Shown one piece after another: positions 24,901-36,420 of a stretch of DNA of 64,000 nt. The position numbers and the translations under genes are program-made. The stretch covers positions 24,216,428-24,280,427 of the forward strand of contig JAUZTB010000107.1 of assembly GCA_034780895.1 (NCBI GenBank). Direction: 5' to 3'. The notes beneath the pieces were generated by a model. It was not told the origin of the DNA. It saw nothing but the letters and a program-made list of their open reading frames with translations, and ran no database searches. Each line of letters starts with the position of its first letter. The stretch's first letter is position 1. The stretch is from Rhynchobatus australiae. Taxonomy: Eukaryota.

Positions 24901-27900
24901 ATCACGGACAAATAGTTCCAGCTCTCTTGGATCGGAATCTCCTTCCCTTTCTGCAATTTCATTGGATTCAATAGTTGCCCCAGATACACCCATTCAGTTT
25001 GATATAATTTCTCCTGTCAGTGAGGAGCTATCTAACCTAGCAAAGACTTCAGGACAATGTACCAGGTAAGACAAACCTGTAAGACCTTTGGGTTTTAGTG
25101 AATATTTGCAGATCAAAAGAAAGTAAGTTAGCTAATTAGATTGGAGGTCTTGTATTTAATGTCAGAGTTATGCACATTTACTTTTGGAGTCATGATTAAA
25201 CTAAGAAGCTTGAAACATGGCATTGTTTCCCATGGCATTTTGAATTTTGATGTGAGTTCATCGTGTGATTTCAGGTTAATTTCTTAGAATGGCACATTCT
25301 AGAGCCAGCCTGTAAGCAGGCCATACAAGACATGATATTGTTCAACATAATAGGATTAATCAATGATCTCCTAGTGAAGGCACCCCTAGGTAGCAGGGAT
25401 CATGATATGATTGAATTTTGTATTCAGTTCAAGAGGGAGAAGTATGTATCCAAGATTATTATTTTTAAACTTTAAATAAGGCCATTAATGAGGACATGAA
25501 AGCAGAGCTAGATAAAGTGAACTAACAAATTAAGTTAAGGGGTTGATGAATCACCATGTACTGGCAGACATTTAAGGGATCTTTTTAGAATACACAGAAT
25601 AGATGCATTTCAATGAGAAAGAAAAATTCCAAGGAAAGAGCAGGAGGGAGTGAATGGAAGTGGGGAGAAAAGTTTGGGAGGGGGTGAGAGCATCGAATGG
25701 AGAAAGGAGGAGGAGTAGGAGAGAAAGGAGGGGAAGGGTCAACAGAAAGTGAGTAGAGAAAGAGAAGGGGAGCTGTGTGAGGGTAAGAGAGGACACGAGA
25801 AAAGACAGATGGACAAGGAGAGAGTGGGGGCATGACAAGATGTTATGAGCAAAGCGAGGGAGAGAGAGGGACTACTGACGGCACGATTAATTTTGTTAAT
25901 TGCTCGAGAGGCTTAATTTCCATTATGCTCCTGCTACAGGTGTCATTCACATTTTAGGGACACTCCTAAATACTTTAGGTCTAGTGAAGTACTTTTGTAT
26001 TGTAGTCATTGTTATAATGCAAGAAGCATGACAGATAATTTGCATAACCAATTCTCAAAATTACATTGGGATAATTAACAGATTTTTTTTATTGAAGCTG
26101 ATCAGAGATAAACATTATTAAGGACACTGTAGATAACTCTTCTGCTCTTCTCTGAACAAGTTCTGTGGGTTGTTTTTCCCTGAGATTGCAGATCAAGCCT
26201 CAGTTTGATATCAAAAGACACAACCTCCAGCTATTTAGCTTGTCCTCAATACTGCCCTGAAACGTCAGCCTACATTTTGTGCTCAGATCTCTGTGTTGGA
26301 CTGAGCAGACAACCTTGTGACTCAGTGGTGAGTTTAGTGCCAGATGAGCATGGCAAACTCACAACTAACCAATGTCCCAGGTTTGATTCTCAGTTTCACC
26401 TGAGTTAACTAATCCAATTGAAACAGGTACAGGAACACTGTAATTGGCCTGATTAAGGGAAAACAAAAGAAAATGCAGAGAATACATCAGTTTCTATTTA
26501 ATATACACTGGAAATGGACAGATGGATTTTGGATGAAGATAAGATCAACCTCCCACAGCCATTTCTCAATCAGGCCAATTACAGTGTTCTTGGAAAACAT
26601 TTTTAAGTGAAATTTAAGTGAAATCGAAAAGGCTGAACAAAGTGCATTGAGAATTTTGGGGCAATGCATTCCCATTGGCAGAGAGTGGTGTGTATTCATT
26701 TTAGCATAAAATAATTTCAGATGTCATAGGCATGTACCCTGGAGTCTGTAGCATTACAGCAATAAAATGTAATTGGATCTTCATAAATCAAAGAAAACCT
26801 GTATTGTAATACCCTGCATAGCTAAATAGTCTGTAGATACTATTTAAACCTAGCCATGAAGGTTGGAGACAATACCCTTGGAAATTTTCTTCCACAGAAG
26901 GAACAGAAATAAACTTGATAGAAAAAGAGAAAGAAAAATTGTTTCTTTTAGTAAAATAATGGAACATCTTGCCTTTTATTATTCCTCTATTAGAAGAACA
27001 AATCCATTTGGAGAGTCTGGGGAATCAAAATCACAGGACTCTGAAGGTAAGGTGTATAGGCTAAAAATTTGCTTTGGATGGTGGCAAAAAATGGGTCGTC
27101 TTGAATTAGTCATTCCTTAAAAGCATTGGCTAGCTTTTAATTCATTGACTGGAATGAAATGAAATATCAGCCTGTGCAAATAAAGAGCAACCTACCTGGT
27201 ACTGCTCTTGTCCTACTGCCAAGACGACTATTTACCACAAGTTTCTATAATAGTAAGGATTATGCATTTAAGTACATTAGAAATACTACTAAAATGCAAT
27301 TATTCACTGTATAACTGTGATTAATCCTGGAAAATCTAATTCCCTTTACTGAGACATAAGATGGTTTATCATACTGTGCCCAAAAACAGGCATTGGGTGC
27401 TAATTGTCTTGCTTNNNNNNNNNNNNNNNNNNNNNNNNNNNNNNNNNNNNNNNNNNNNNNNNNNNNNNNNNNNNNNNNNNNNNNNNNNNNNNNNNNNNNN
27501 NNNNNNNNNNNNNNGTCTTGCTTATTATACATTTACAAAACAGTAAAGGTTAAGAATTATCTTGAGGCATTTTTCTGGTTTACCATTGTCATGTTTTCTT
27601 AATTCAGTTTTCAAATATATTGGTTTAATAGCATTTGGGTAAATTAATTCACATTCCTATTTTCAGTCAGCTTGATTGTGTTTAAACCTATTACAATTGG
27701 CAGATTTTGCTGTCCTCATAATAAAGTTTGTGGTAAAAGCATCACTGGTATAAGTGATTTTTTTCAGATGCATTAGAGCTCTAATACTTCTGAGGATGAT
27801 GCAGTTTGATCTCTTAGCAAATGTATGTGGAAAGAAAATATAAAGTACCTATTAAAAAAGATTGATGTTTTTAATATTTGCTACAGAATCCATTCTTCAT

Positions 27901-30900
27901 CAGTTATTCATTGTGAGATTCCTTGGTTCAATGGAAGTAAAAACAGATGAAACATCGGATGTAATTTATGAAACAATGCGTCAGATCCTTGCAGCCCGTG
28001 CGATACACAACATCTTTCGGATGACTGAATCACATTTACTAGTGACTTGTGACAGTTTGAAGTGAGTTATTTTTTGTTGATCAACAGAAAGGATTGCTGT
28101 TTAAATAATTAAAATATAAGTATGTCTGATGATAGGTTTTTTATATTTTAGGTTAATTGACCCTCAGACTCAAGTCACACGCTTAAGAGTAGGTACTAAA
28201 ATTATTAAATATTATTATTTTGTGAAAGACTGTTTAATGAATCTGTTACTAATTGGAATCTTGCCCATATCTAGTTCATTTTAAAAAGTTTTTATTCAAA
28301 CTATTTTAGGTTTTGCTTCTATGGCAAGATTATTTTCTATTAAGATAAAGCAAAATATGTCTTTTCTAATATAATGCCCTTGCTGCCTCCATTATTTCCT
28401 CTCATCTTAATTGTCCCCTATCCCTGAAATCCAATGGTTATACATGTAGGTGGAGCAGCTTTGATTGAAAACTGGGTTTAACTAGTCATTGTTAGACTTA
28501 AATACAGAAAATGCTTTCCAAACTCTGAACAGATATCAAGAGGCCTAGACAATTGATCTGAACATCATGGCAGCTGGGGAACTTGCATTCAAACAATTAA
28601 ATAAATCTACAGTAAAAGGTTATTTCATTAATATGACCATGAAACAACGATATTGTCTNNNNNNNNNNNNNNNNNNNNNNNNNNNNNNNNNNNNNNNNNN
28701 NNNNNNNNNNNNNNNNNNNNNNNNNNNNNNNNNNNNNNNNNNNNNNNNNNNNNNNNNNGACCATGAAACAACGATATTGTCTTTAAAAACTCATCTTGTT
28801 CAGGAAAGAAATTTTCCATCCCTATTCAGCCTGGCCTACATGTGATCCCAGACCCACAGCAATGTGGTTGACTCTTAAACTGCTCTCTAAAATGCCAGTC
28901 TGTTCAGGGGCACTTGGGGTAGGGCACTAAATGCTTGTCCAGCCACTAGATCCCAGGAACAAAGGGAGATAAAAGCTTCCCATTCCAGGAAATTGTCTGA
29001 TGTTAGGTTCATAACCTCGGTGTTTGACATGGAACTGCCTATATTTTCAGTCCATGACTAGGTCCAACCATTTCCAACTCCATAACATCAACTGGCTTTC
29101 TTGCCTCATCTTATCTGCTGCTGAAATCCTCATTCATGCCTTTGCCCCTCTAGAATATTTCACTGTCATCCCAGTCAGATGAATTTCTGCGTGAACTTGA
29201 ATTCTTGCTCATTAAAAACTCAGATGTCTATATTTTAAATCTATATTTCCAAGTCTCAATCATCTGTGCTTGCTGGCTGATTTTGGCTTAACCAACAAAA
29301 CTTTTATTTTAAAATCTTCTTCACACTGGTTTTCAAGTGCCTCCTGGACTAACCACGCCTATCCCTCCCAGACTAACCACTCCTATCCCTCCCACTGCCA
29401 GCACAATTTCAGCAAATGCATCCAGGCATACGAACCTTTGCGTCTTGGCTCTTCAATCAGAATGGTCATCGACCTGAAACATCTCTGTTGTCTTTTACCC
29501 TGACGTGCTGAATATTGACAGCAGTTCCTGCTTTTATTTCAGGTTTACATCACTTGTAGTATCAGCTTTTCTAGTCGTGACTGTGTGTTCTGGCCCTAAA
29601 CTCTTAAATTCTGTCCCTGAAATTCTCCATCTCTCAACCTCATTCTCCTTCTTTCCAGATGCTTTGTAAAATCTACCTCTTTAACTGAAACTTAGGTCAT
29701 CAGTTATAATATCCTGGTATCAAATTCTGTCAAATTTTTGTTTACCAATGCCCTAGTTAAGAGTCTTAGAATATTTCTTCACAGTAGAGGTGCTGTATAA
29801 TGTAAGTTATTTTTGTTTCCTCCTGCATTGCAGAATCTTCACTGGGTTTGTTTCCAATTGTCTTTTTTTTGTTTCAGTTCCCTTTACAAAATGTGGTTCT
29901 TTGCGCAACTCACAAAGAGAATAAACGACTATTTGGGTTTGTGCTGCATACAGGAGGAAACAGAGTGGAAGGACGCCCAGTCTCTGTTTGCTACGTGTTT
30001 GAATCAAACAACGAAGGAGAAAAGGTGTAAAGAAGCATTCCTTTTAATATTGTGTTTCCTGTTCTTTTTTAATATATATTAATACCATCAATTGGGCAGG
30101 AAAATTAAGGTTCAATTATGATCATATATAGTCAGAATACAGGCTTAATTATATGGTTTGCAAGTTGCATGATCATTGCTGTCAATGGAACCTAATTTCG
30201 GAAGAGGGGTACAAACCTGAGTCAAAAGGTATGTGTGTTTTGTGCAAACAACTGAAGATGAATTTCTAGCTATGGTTGCCGTCCTTTTATGGCTGCTGTT
30301 TACCTTGTGTAATCACTGTTATGTGTATGTGACCCAGAGGTTGCTTTGTGTCCATATATGTATGTACTTTGATAACCTATTTCCCTCTCTTTTAACCTCA
30401 TAAAGGTAGTAGGTTGAGAAAGTAGTATGAATGTTTCACCTAATTGTGACATAATAATTAAAAATCTGCAGATGCTGGAAATCTGAAATGAAAACAAAAT
30501 TTGCTGGGAAGGGTTCCTCAGATCTGATAAAAGGTCTTCAACCTAAAACATTAATTGTTTCACATTCCATAAATGCTGCCTGACCTGCTGAGTTTTTCTG
30601 GCATGTTCTGTTTTAATGACACGTGTTAATTCCTGCAGCCAACGCACCCAGCTAATGAAAACCCCAACCGTCATTTTCTCCTCCTGTAGCAAAATTGCAT
30701 CACCCCAACTAAACAGGTGATTGCCCTTATACCCTTCCCAGCATTTTTTGGCTGTGGTTGCTGTATTTTAATTACCATTTTTTTCTCATTTGCTGCACAA
30801 AATGCTTTGTGAGGGCAAATATAATTGACCTCCTTTCCCTTTAATTCTTCTGCCATCACCCATCATCATTCTTAATCTTCATCAGAATTCTTAACCTGTT

Positions 30901-33900
30901 CATGTTTGGACCCACCATCCACTACATTGCTCTAACTAGCCAACCACTTCATCATCACTCTTTGAGCCCTTTTCCATTGCAAAGGTGTCAGTCTTTCATT
31001 CACCACCTCCCCTGGTATTAGCTGATCTTCACTCCTTTCAGACATTATTGTTGTCCTTTTTGATTTCTAATTTTCCTTGCCAAGCCATACCAACCTTCCC
31101 CCTCTCTAACTAACCACTGACTTCCCTTCCTCTATTCCATTGTTGTTGCTGTTTTAATTTCCTTGGGTATTCACCACCCCTTTGGTAAAATGCCCCCAAA
31201 CCTTCTGGCCATGCTAATTACCACACCATCTTCAAGATCCATCAGCTCCCCTGTTGTCTCCCAATTTTTTCCCCATTTCTTCTGCATCTGTTTAAATCCA
31301 TCCCATCCCATCCCAATTCTGTGCCCTCTCCCCTACACAGAGCAGCCCCGAGCAAAGTTATGAACAACATAATCTTACTTTGCTTATTTTACATATCCAT
31401 TTGAGGCCAATACCTCACCGGCAATAGACTCACTGCTCAGCCTCCACCCCATCATCTCAAAGGTCCAATTGGAATTGTCCTTGGCCACCTCCTCTTCATC
31501 TGCAAGCTTGAGACTAGTGTACAGCAACTAAATTGACTCCTCCACTCATACTGTGACTTCTCCATGTCTAGTTTTGGAAGAGCCACAGTTATCTTCAGCT
31601 AACTATTGAGGGTACTCAAAGCCACACCTCTCGGCCCTCAGAACAAATTCTATCATTTTGGAATTGATTCTGTTTTTCCAAGCTGAACCTTTTGCAACCA
31701 CTATTTCCTCTTCAACCCTTGAATTAAATTTTGACTCCAAAGCTGCAAAACCATGTGCCAATTGTAGTGATGATAGTACTGTACTGATGAAAGGCATCAC
31801 AGTTTTACCAAGTGATGGAATCTACTTTTAAAATAAAGCTGTGTAGTTCAATAGTTGTGAATATTGTGTGTTTTATTTTCCAGATCTGTGATTCTGTTGG
31901 ATTAGCGAAACAAATTGCCCTCCATTCAGAAATGGTAAGTTAAAGGAATTTTGGTTAAAACTACTTATATTTATAAAACAGACAAACAGAGGGAATATAG
32001 AGCAGGCACAAAATGTACCAAAAGGTTGATATTATTCAGAATTAGCAACTGATCGATAAATTATAAATATTGAGTTCTTTGATCCGCTGATGAAATGCAG
32101 AACAGGATGCACATCTGCCTAGAAGCCCTGATGTTGACCCTCCCAGAAACTTGAGGATCTGCTCATTCAAATATTACTGGGCAGGACAAAGTCACAACTT
32201 TTGGCAGCAACAAGTGAGATGTGCTTGGAATAGACAGAAAATCCATGTTAAAGAGTAGATACAAAGGAAGAATAAGTGCACAATTCAAAGATTAAAGCTG
32301 AAAGATTCTTGAACTAGAAACTGTGTACAGCAGACTTGTGGTATACGTAAGAGTAGTACATTTCTCAGTGACACAAATATCGTTCTCTTTGAAATTAAGA
32401 AGATGGAATGGTTGTAATGAGTGGCAAAAGATCTGCTGACACATTGGCTAGGACCACACTGGAAGTGGCCTCTCTGTAACCACCAACCCCCCACCTACTG
32501 CCCATTTCAAGGTGTTTCATGATATCACAAGCTTGCAAACTGCCATCCACTTACACGTTAACATTTATAGTCTTCAAGGGGCATCTAGTCTTTGCAACTT
32601 TAACAGGACTGGGAGAAACTTGCATGCAGATCCTTTGGACTTGACTATTCCAATAAGCTCCTGCGAATCCTCACATTCCATTCTCTGCAAACTTAAAAGG
32701 TCATCCGCAACTGTGCTATCCATGTCTTAATTTGCACCAAATCCTGTTTGTTCATCATCCTGGTGCTCACTTACCTACATTAACCACTGACTTAAGTGAG
32801 CCTCAGTTTTAAGATTTTCATTCTTGTTTTCAAATTCCTTCATGGCCTTGCTTCTCCCCATCTCTGTCATCTGTTCTAGCCTCATAGATTGTATTCCTGA
32901 TTTCTGACTTCTTGAAGATACACTATTTTAATTGCTCCACCAGTGGCTATATTTCCTTGTGGTTAATTATATCTTAATAAACTTTTCAACAACTCCATCT
33001 CTTTACCTTCTTTAAGATACTTCCTAAAACTCTCATCATTAGGCAAGTTTTTGGTCACTGTCCCAAATATCCCTTGGTGTGCTGGTGTCATCTTGTATGA
33101 TAACACTCCCATGTTCTGGTAAAAGGAGATTTTACTCGGTTAATATATTACCTAAATACGAGTTGTTGCTATCTTTGGTGGTTATCAGAATCTATTCAGA
33201 ATCAGAATCAATTTATTGTCACTTCCATATACACTTTCAGCATGCATGGGAGTGAAATACTGTACTCCACAGATCAGGATGCTGGTCACATTGAAGACAA
33301 TAAGAGACACAAAGACAGAAAGACATTAACGACATTGGAACCGCATTAAAAAGACTGGAATAAAAACAGCTTAAAATGAACGTACTGATGCCGCAGTCAT
33401 CGGACACTTAAAGTATTGGTGCATTTTTGTACGCCTAGCATCCTTTGGTGTTGGAGGGAGGGATAGGGAGCAGCATTTTGAGGGAGTTCATGGTTCTGAT
33501 GGCTTGTGGGGCAAAAGCTATTGCTTTTATCTACAACAGTTTCTTTTAAAGACCACCTGTTGGGTCTGATGTTGATCTGGTTCCACTGAGCAAGAAATAT
33601 TAGAGAAGCAGCCTTTGAAAAGGAGTAAAGGTTTTTGTCAAGATAAGAGCCTTGTACCTACTTCAGGCATGAGCCCCGGGCCCCTTTTTTTCCCCTTACC
33701 AATAAGGAAAGAGTTGCACATCTGGCTTCTAATAAACACATGTCATATTGGAGGTTCCTGAAATGTAGACATAATGCATCAATGTCTGTGCTAAGAGTCT
33801 GGCTGACTTGCTTTAACTCGCTAGTTCTTTTGTAAACCTCTTTACAGTGCAGTAAATACTGTGTTGTCTGTTGGAATAGGATCGACGAACCACAGATAAA

Positions 33901-36420
33901 CAAAAGGAACTTGACCGAGAGAAACAAAGACAACTGAAGGAACTTAATAAGCAAAAGCAAATCGAGAAGGTAAAATGAAACTAACTCAACATACAATCTT
34001 TTTTATACCTTAGTTCTCATTTAGTTTAATTGATAAAAGATAATATTTAATATGTTTGGTAATAGTGTATATGTAATCTAGATGTTCATGTCACTGAGAA
34101 GAGCAATTGAGAATAGCAAAGAAAATATATTCTTATATACCTCAAGGACCTGGCTGCACATGGCACAAGAACTATCACACAATAAAAAACTGGACCTAAT
34201 CCTTGCCAATCTACATCTAGCAGCCGTATCTTTCCATGACTACATTGGTAGGAGTGACCAGCACACAGTCCTTGTGTCCCACCTTCACACCAAGGGCACA
34301 CTCCACCTGTGTCTGTGACACTTCTTAGGCCATCCCTTCCACTCCAGTTTTGAGGTCAGTGTTGAACTCTTCCACAGATAGGCAGGAGGTGTTTGATGGG
34401 ACAACTGGCTGGGTAGTGTGTGAGATGTCCTTCTGCTGTTTACACAGCTTCTGTGATGTGTACGAAAGACAAGGCTGCAGAGTTTCCAACCATTTTCATT
34501 CGAGAAGTGATGCATAGATACTTCATCTTGACCTTGTTCTGGTGTCTCCATCGGCACACTTGCACTCCATCAGCACAATTTACAGCCAGCTGAATTCACT
34601 CTGCACAATAGCAAGAGGTGGTTGAATGGTATTTGGAACTACAAAAGTTATGGGTCTTGCAAGATCTGTTTTCAGAACTAGCTGCATCTCTGGCCAAAAG
34701 TACAGCTATATGATAAAGTGGAATATTGTCCAACTACATTCTGTCCACACAAAGCAAGATGCAACCAAATAACCAATTATTGCCTTGTCAGTCTAGTCTC
34801 ATTTATCAGCAAAGTAATGGAAAAGGGCCTTTTAAATCTGTCAGGATCACTCTGTTCTGGACCTCAATAAAGCCTTCATTCAGCAGTAAACATAGAGTCT
34901 GAATTTCAGGTGCAAGTTGAGAATGATGGCCATTGGCATCAAGACATCACATAATCAGGCATGGCATCAATGAGTCTGGTAAAAATGAAGATGAGCAGAG
35001 TTAAGGCAAGAACTTCCCATTGGTTGAAGTCTTATCTAGCATAAAGGAAGATGGTTGTTGTGTTGAAGACCGATTAGCCTTAGGCTCAGCTCATACATGT
35101 AGGAGTTCTCCTGAACAGCATGCTGTCATGACTATTTTCTCCTGCTTCATTAATCATTTTCCTTCCATCGTAATGTTAGAAGTACAGACCCGTTGCTCAT
35201 GATCATAAAATGTTCGGTTTCAATTGTAGCATTTCAGGTAATGAAGTTGGCCACGTCTGCAAGCAGTAAGACTTGGACAACATGTACTGCTAATTAGCAA
35301 GAAATATTTGTGCTACAGAAGTACAGGCAATGACCTACTCTAACAAAATCCTCTCTGCATTGATAGCATTACCATTGTTTATTTCACCATGGTCAACATC
35401 CTTAGGGTTACAATGGACCAGAACAGAACTGGAACAACTGCATAAATGGTGGATGCTGGCCATCTATCTAATGCCTTTCCAAGGTAAAGGTAAACAGTAT
35501 TATCGATCCCATCCCCCTACATGGATGATTGCACNNNNNNNNNNNNNNNNNNNNNNNNNNNNNNNNNNNNNNNNNNNTCATTCCGAACAAAGCAGCTCAC
35601 TTGATTCACACCTCAAAAACTCCTTAAAAGACTCCAATGCTATGACGCTGTAGCTGCAGTGTGTTTTATCTACAAACTGTATTGGAATAATTCAGCAAGG
35701 CTTCTTTGACCTTTCAAACCAGTGGCTTCCACTACCTTCAAAAAAATAAGGGCTATAGGTTTAGGGGAAGTACACCACCTCCAAGTACCCAAGTTGCACA
35801 CCATCCTGACTCATTGTTGCAGGGGCAACATCTTGTTACTCACTACCTGGGCACCTCCTCATACAGTAGAATCAGGGAGGTGACTCCCCACCATCTTCTT
35901 AAAGACAAAAAGTGATAGGTAATAAAGGCTGGCCTTGCCAGTGACTCTCATGGATCAAAAGTATCTATGGAAATCTCCTTTGTGAAGGCTTGAACTGCTC
36001 TGAACTTTTATAAATGGCTTTGGAACAAATGAATTCAGTCAGTCACCAAATTTTATATATCCCACGCTAAGTGCCGTAGATTCATTGACAAGAAATCATG
36101 AAAATTAGTTGTGACAATAGATTATATTTAAGTGCTTGTTTCTTTTTAATTTGGAAACTTCTATAATCACGTTTCCATATTTACAGTAAAGTATCAATCT
36201 TAAAGAAATCCACCACTGTGTGATAATATTGATTGCATGAAAACAATGCTTCCAGGATTTAGAAGAACAAAGCCGTTTAATAGCTGCTTCTAGTCGGTCA
36301 AACCAGACTTGTGGCGAAGGCCAGTTTCTGACATTGGGTAACAATGGCCAATCAGAAGACCAATCAGAAGACAGTGACACAGGGGATGATGGAAAGAAGA
36401 AAAAGGAATCTGAAGCCTGA
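890..36420 (+). CDS. APPL1: APPL1 (BAR-PH-PTB endosomal adaptor, DIP13-alpha), 5'-partial; 20 coding exons in window
   Basis: Manual splicing of 20 GT-AG exons gives 1992 nt in one frame (663 aa + TGA). Peptides match recalled human APPL1 (FPLGGDDEVM, KKQHQTMMHYF, YFTQGGNLM, RTNPFGE, LFIVRFLGSMEV, ICDSVGLAKQIA). The C-terminal ESEA* and the position next to ASB14 support APPL1 over APPL2. Exons 1-2 are upstream of the window. Confidence 0.97.
2160..2560 (+). mobile_element. Decayed CR1-type LINE fragments
   Basis: RT-like remnants (gtgtatttggactttcagaaaacctt) joined to a CR1 3' end encoding WNVLPDRVVEANSLGAFK. Confidence 0.7.
2765..3030 (-). mobile_element. Deu-domain tRNA-derived SINE (SacSINE1/AmnSINE-like), decayed
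   Basis: Reverse complement has a tRNA-like head (cagaaggttgtagattcaagtccc) and a Deu-core-like stretch (gttaaacc...gtaaaagat); homologous to copies at ~26.0 kb and ~58.8 kb. Confidence 0.6.
3361..3432 (+). CDS. APPL1: APPL1 exon 4: QFPLGGDDEVMTSTLQQFAQVIDE
   Basis: tatatag|CAA...GAA|gtaagt; 72 nt. Confidence 0.96.
4030..4800 (+). mobile_element. Highly decayed CR1 LINE 3' portion
   Basis: Remnants of the RT (ttccacagggtcc, gatgataaaaaaattgg) and the 3' end (gggtggtagaggcagaac...catttaaaaggacttggatg). Confidence 0.6.
5295..5382 (+). CDS. APPL1: APPL1 exon 5: LSSCHAVLSTQLADAMMFPITQFKEKDLK
   Basis: cttttag|CTC...AAAG|gtatga; 88 nt. Confidence 0.96.
5807..5848 (+). CDS. APPL1: APPL1 exon 6: (E)MLTLNEVFAIASH
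   Basis: tttgcag|AA...CATG|gtgagt; 42 nt, phase 1/1. Confidence 0.94.
7440..7498 (+). CDS. APPL1: APPL1 exon 7: (D)HDLAINKYSRLSKRRENEK
   Basis: cccacag|AT...AAG|gtttgt; 59 nt. Confidence 0.94.
7770..7916 (+). CDS. APPL1: APPL1 exon 8: IKMEITEDLYTSRKKQHQTMMHYF...LLGYMQAQ
   Basis: ctaacag|ATA...CAG|gtctgt; 147 nt; overlaps ORF 7776..8057. Confidence 0.96.
9057..9761 (+). mobile_element. Solo-LTR-like element, copy 1
   Basis: Ends in CGTAACA; internal (GA)n and AATAAA at 9698; colinear with 42319-43132, which starts TGTTA; flanks gtag/ttag resemble a 4-bp TSD. Confidence 0.65.
10672..10754 (+). CDS. APPL1: APPL1 exon 9: INFFKMGSEHMTQQLEEFLTNIGTSVQ
   Basis: tttttcag|ATA...CAGGG|gtaagt; 83 nt. 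Confidence 0.95.
13053..13211 (+). CDS. APPL1: APPL1 exon 10 (end of BAR, start of PH): VRREMETEQE...RNLTRKTGYMNTR
   Basis: tttctag|T...AGAAA|gtaagt; 159 nt. Confidence 0.95.
13670..13960 (+). mobile_element. CR1 LINE 3' fragment
   Basis: Encodes TEMRISFFTQQVVHLYNSLLKWAVEAQS, a CR1 ORF2 C-terminus; similar fragments at ~10340-10570, ~41780-42025 and ~54655-54945. Confidence 0.7.
15540..15728 (+). CDS. APPL1: APPL1 exon 11 (PH): KTRLVSSTWERHYYFTQGGNLM...CFQITAFDGK
   Basis: atttcag|T...AAAAA|gtaaga; 189 nt; matches ORF 15529..15732. Confidence 0.97.
16969..17011 (+). CDS. APPL1: APPL1 exon 12: AVIVQAESKKECEE
   Basis: ttttcag|A...GAG|gtaagc; 43 nt. Confidence 0.94.
17275..17770 (-). mobile_element. 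Rex1/Babar-like LINE 3' fragment
   Basis: Reverse strand encodes KAASIIKDPHHLGHAIFSQLP...KSHTTRFKNSCFP-like peptide; homologous to 20972-21385 and 59400-60518. Confidence 0.7.
18231..20668 (+). mobile_element. CR1-type LINE, 5'-truncated, about 2.4 kb, ORF2 disrupted
   Basis: APE remnant VVCGDFN; RT motifs NYRPVSLT, GVPQGSVLG, KFADDTK, LYKALVRPYLEYC; tail cctatgtcttatggtcttat; many stops and frameshifts. Confidence 0.92.
20972..21385 (+). mobile_element. Rex1/Babar-like LINE 3' fragment
   Basis: KAANIIEDPTH...PSGRRFKTLKTRTTRLKDS-like coding, ending in short (ACCAATTT) tail repeats. Confidence 0.7.
21920..21976 (+). CDS. APPL1: APPL1 exon 13: WITTINNISKRIYLSENPE
   Basis: tttgcag|TGG...GAA|gtaagt; 57 nt. 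Confidence 0.96.
22420..23450 (-). mobile_element. Cluster of decayed CR1 fragments (antisense)
   Basis: Typical reverse CR1 3' sequence (agaagcaggagcaggtcatttggccc...gagatcacctctcgttcttc); similar to ~11460-12300 and ~14100-15080. Confidence 0.6.
23905..23996 (+). CDS. APPL1: APPL1 exon 14: ELAARVNQTALEAITPSPSFQQRHDGLRPT
   Basis: atcacag|GAA...ACAGT|gtaagt; 92 nt; contains the F&H motif. Confidence 0.95.
24883..25065 (+). CDS. APPL1: APPL1 exon 15: HNRPRPSRTNSSSSLGSES...APDTPIQFDIISPV...
   Basis: gaaacag|T...ACCAG|gtaaga; 183 nt. Confidence 0.95.
25300..25640 (+). mobile_element. CR1 endonuclease-region fragment
   Basis: PLGSRDHDMIEF (SDH motif) and AELDKVN remnants. Confidence 0.65.
25955..26350 (-). 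mobile_element. Deu-domain SINE, decayed
   Basis: Reverse-complement similarity to 58740-59120 and colinear with 2765-3030. Confidence 0.6.
26994..27046 (+). CDS. APPL1: APPL1 exon 16: RTNPFGESGESKSQDSE (NPF motif)
   Basis: ctattag|A...GAAG|gtaagg; 53 nt. Confidence 0.93.
27887..28061 (+). CDS. APPL1: APPL1 exon 17 (PTB): SILHQLFIVRFLGSMEVK...HLLVTCDSL
   Basis: gctacag|AA...TTGAA|gtgagt; 175 nt. Confidence 0.97.
28152..28188 (+). CDS. APPL1: APPL1 exon 18: LIDPQTQVTRLR
   Basis: ttttag|G...AGA|gtaggt; 37 nt, after a 90-nt intron. Confidence 0.95.
28990..29810 (+). mobile_element. L2-like LINE 3' remnant
   Basis: SAAEILIHAF-like coding and tail gaggtgctgtataatgtaagttatt; a second copy lies at ~32735-33170. 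Confidence 0.55.
29878..30024 (+). CDS. APPL1: APPL1 exon 19: FPLQNVVLCATHKENKRLFGFVL...VCYVFESNNEGEK
   Basis: gtttcag|TTC...AAG|gtgtaa; 147 nt. Confidence 0.96.
31884..31934 (+). CDS. APPL1: APPL1 exon 20: ICDSVGLAKQIALHSEM
   Basis: tttccag|ATC...ATG|gtaagt; 51 nt. Confidence 0.96.
33880..33969 (+). CDS. APPL1: APPL1 exon 21 (coiled coil): DRRTTDKQKELDREKQRQLKELNKQKQIEK
   Basis: ggaatag|GAT...AAG|gtaaaa; 90 nt. Confidence 0.94.
34150..35950 (+). mobile_element. Old non-LTR retrotransposon remnant (CR1/L2-clade-like)
   Basis: LDLILANL...IGRSDQHTVLV endonuclease remnant and decayed RT; 3' end shared with 39770-40420. Confidence 0.55.
36256..36420 (+). CDS. APPL1: APPL1 last coding exon: DLEEQSRLIAASSR...GKKKKESEA*
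   Basis: cttccag|GAT...GCC TGA; ends in the PDZ-binding SEA motif. Confidence 0.96.
   Translation, partial: DLEEQSRLIAASSRSNQTCGEGQFLTLGNNGQSEDQSEDSDTGDDGKKKKESEA

Noticed and set aside
25640-25870. Purine-rich tract with Leu/Ser/Pro-rich antisense ORFs
   Set aside because: Low-complexity GA-rich sequence; the ORFs are compositional.
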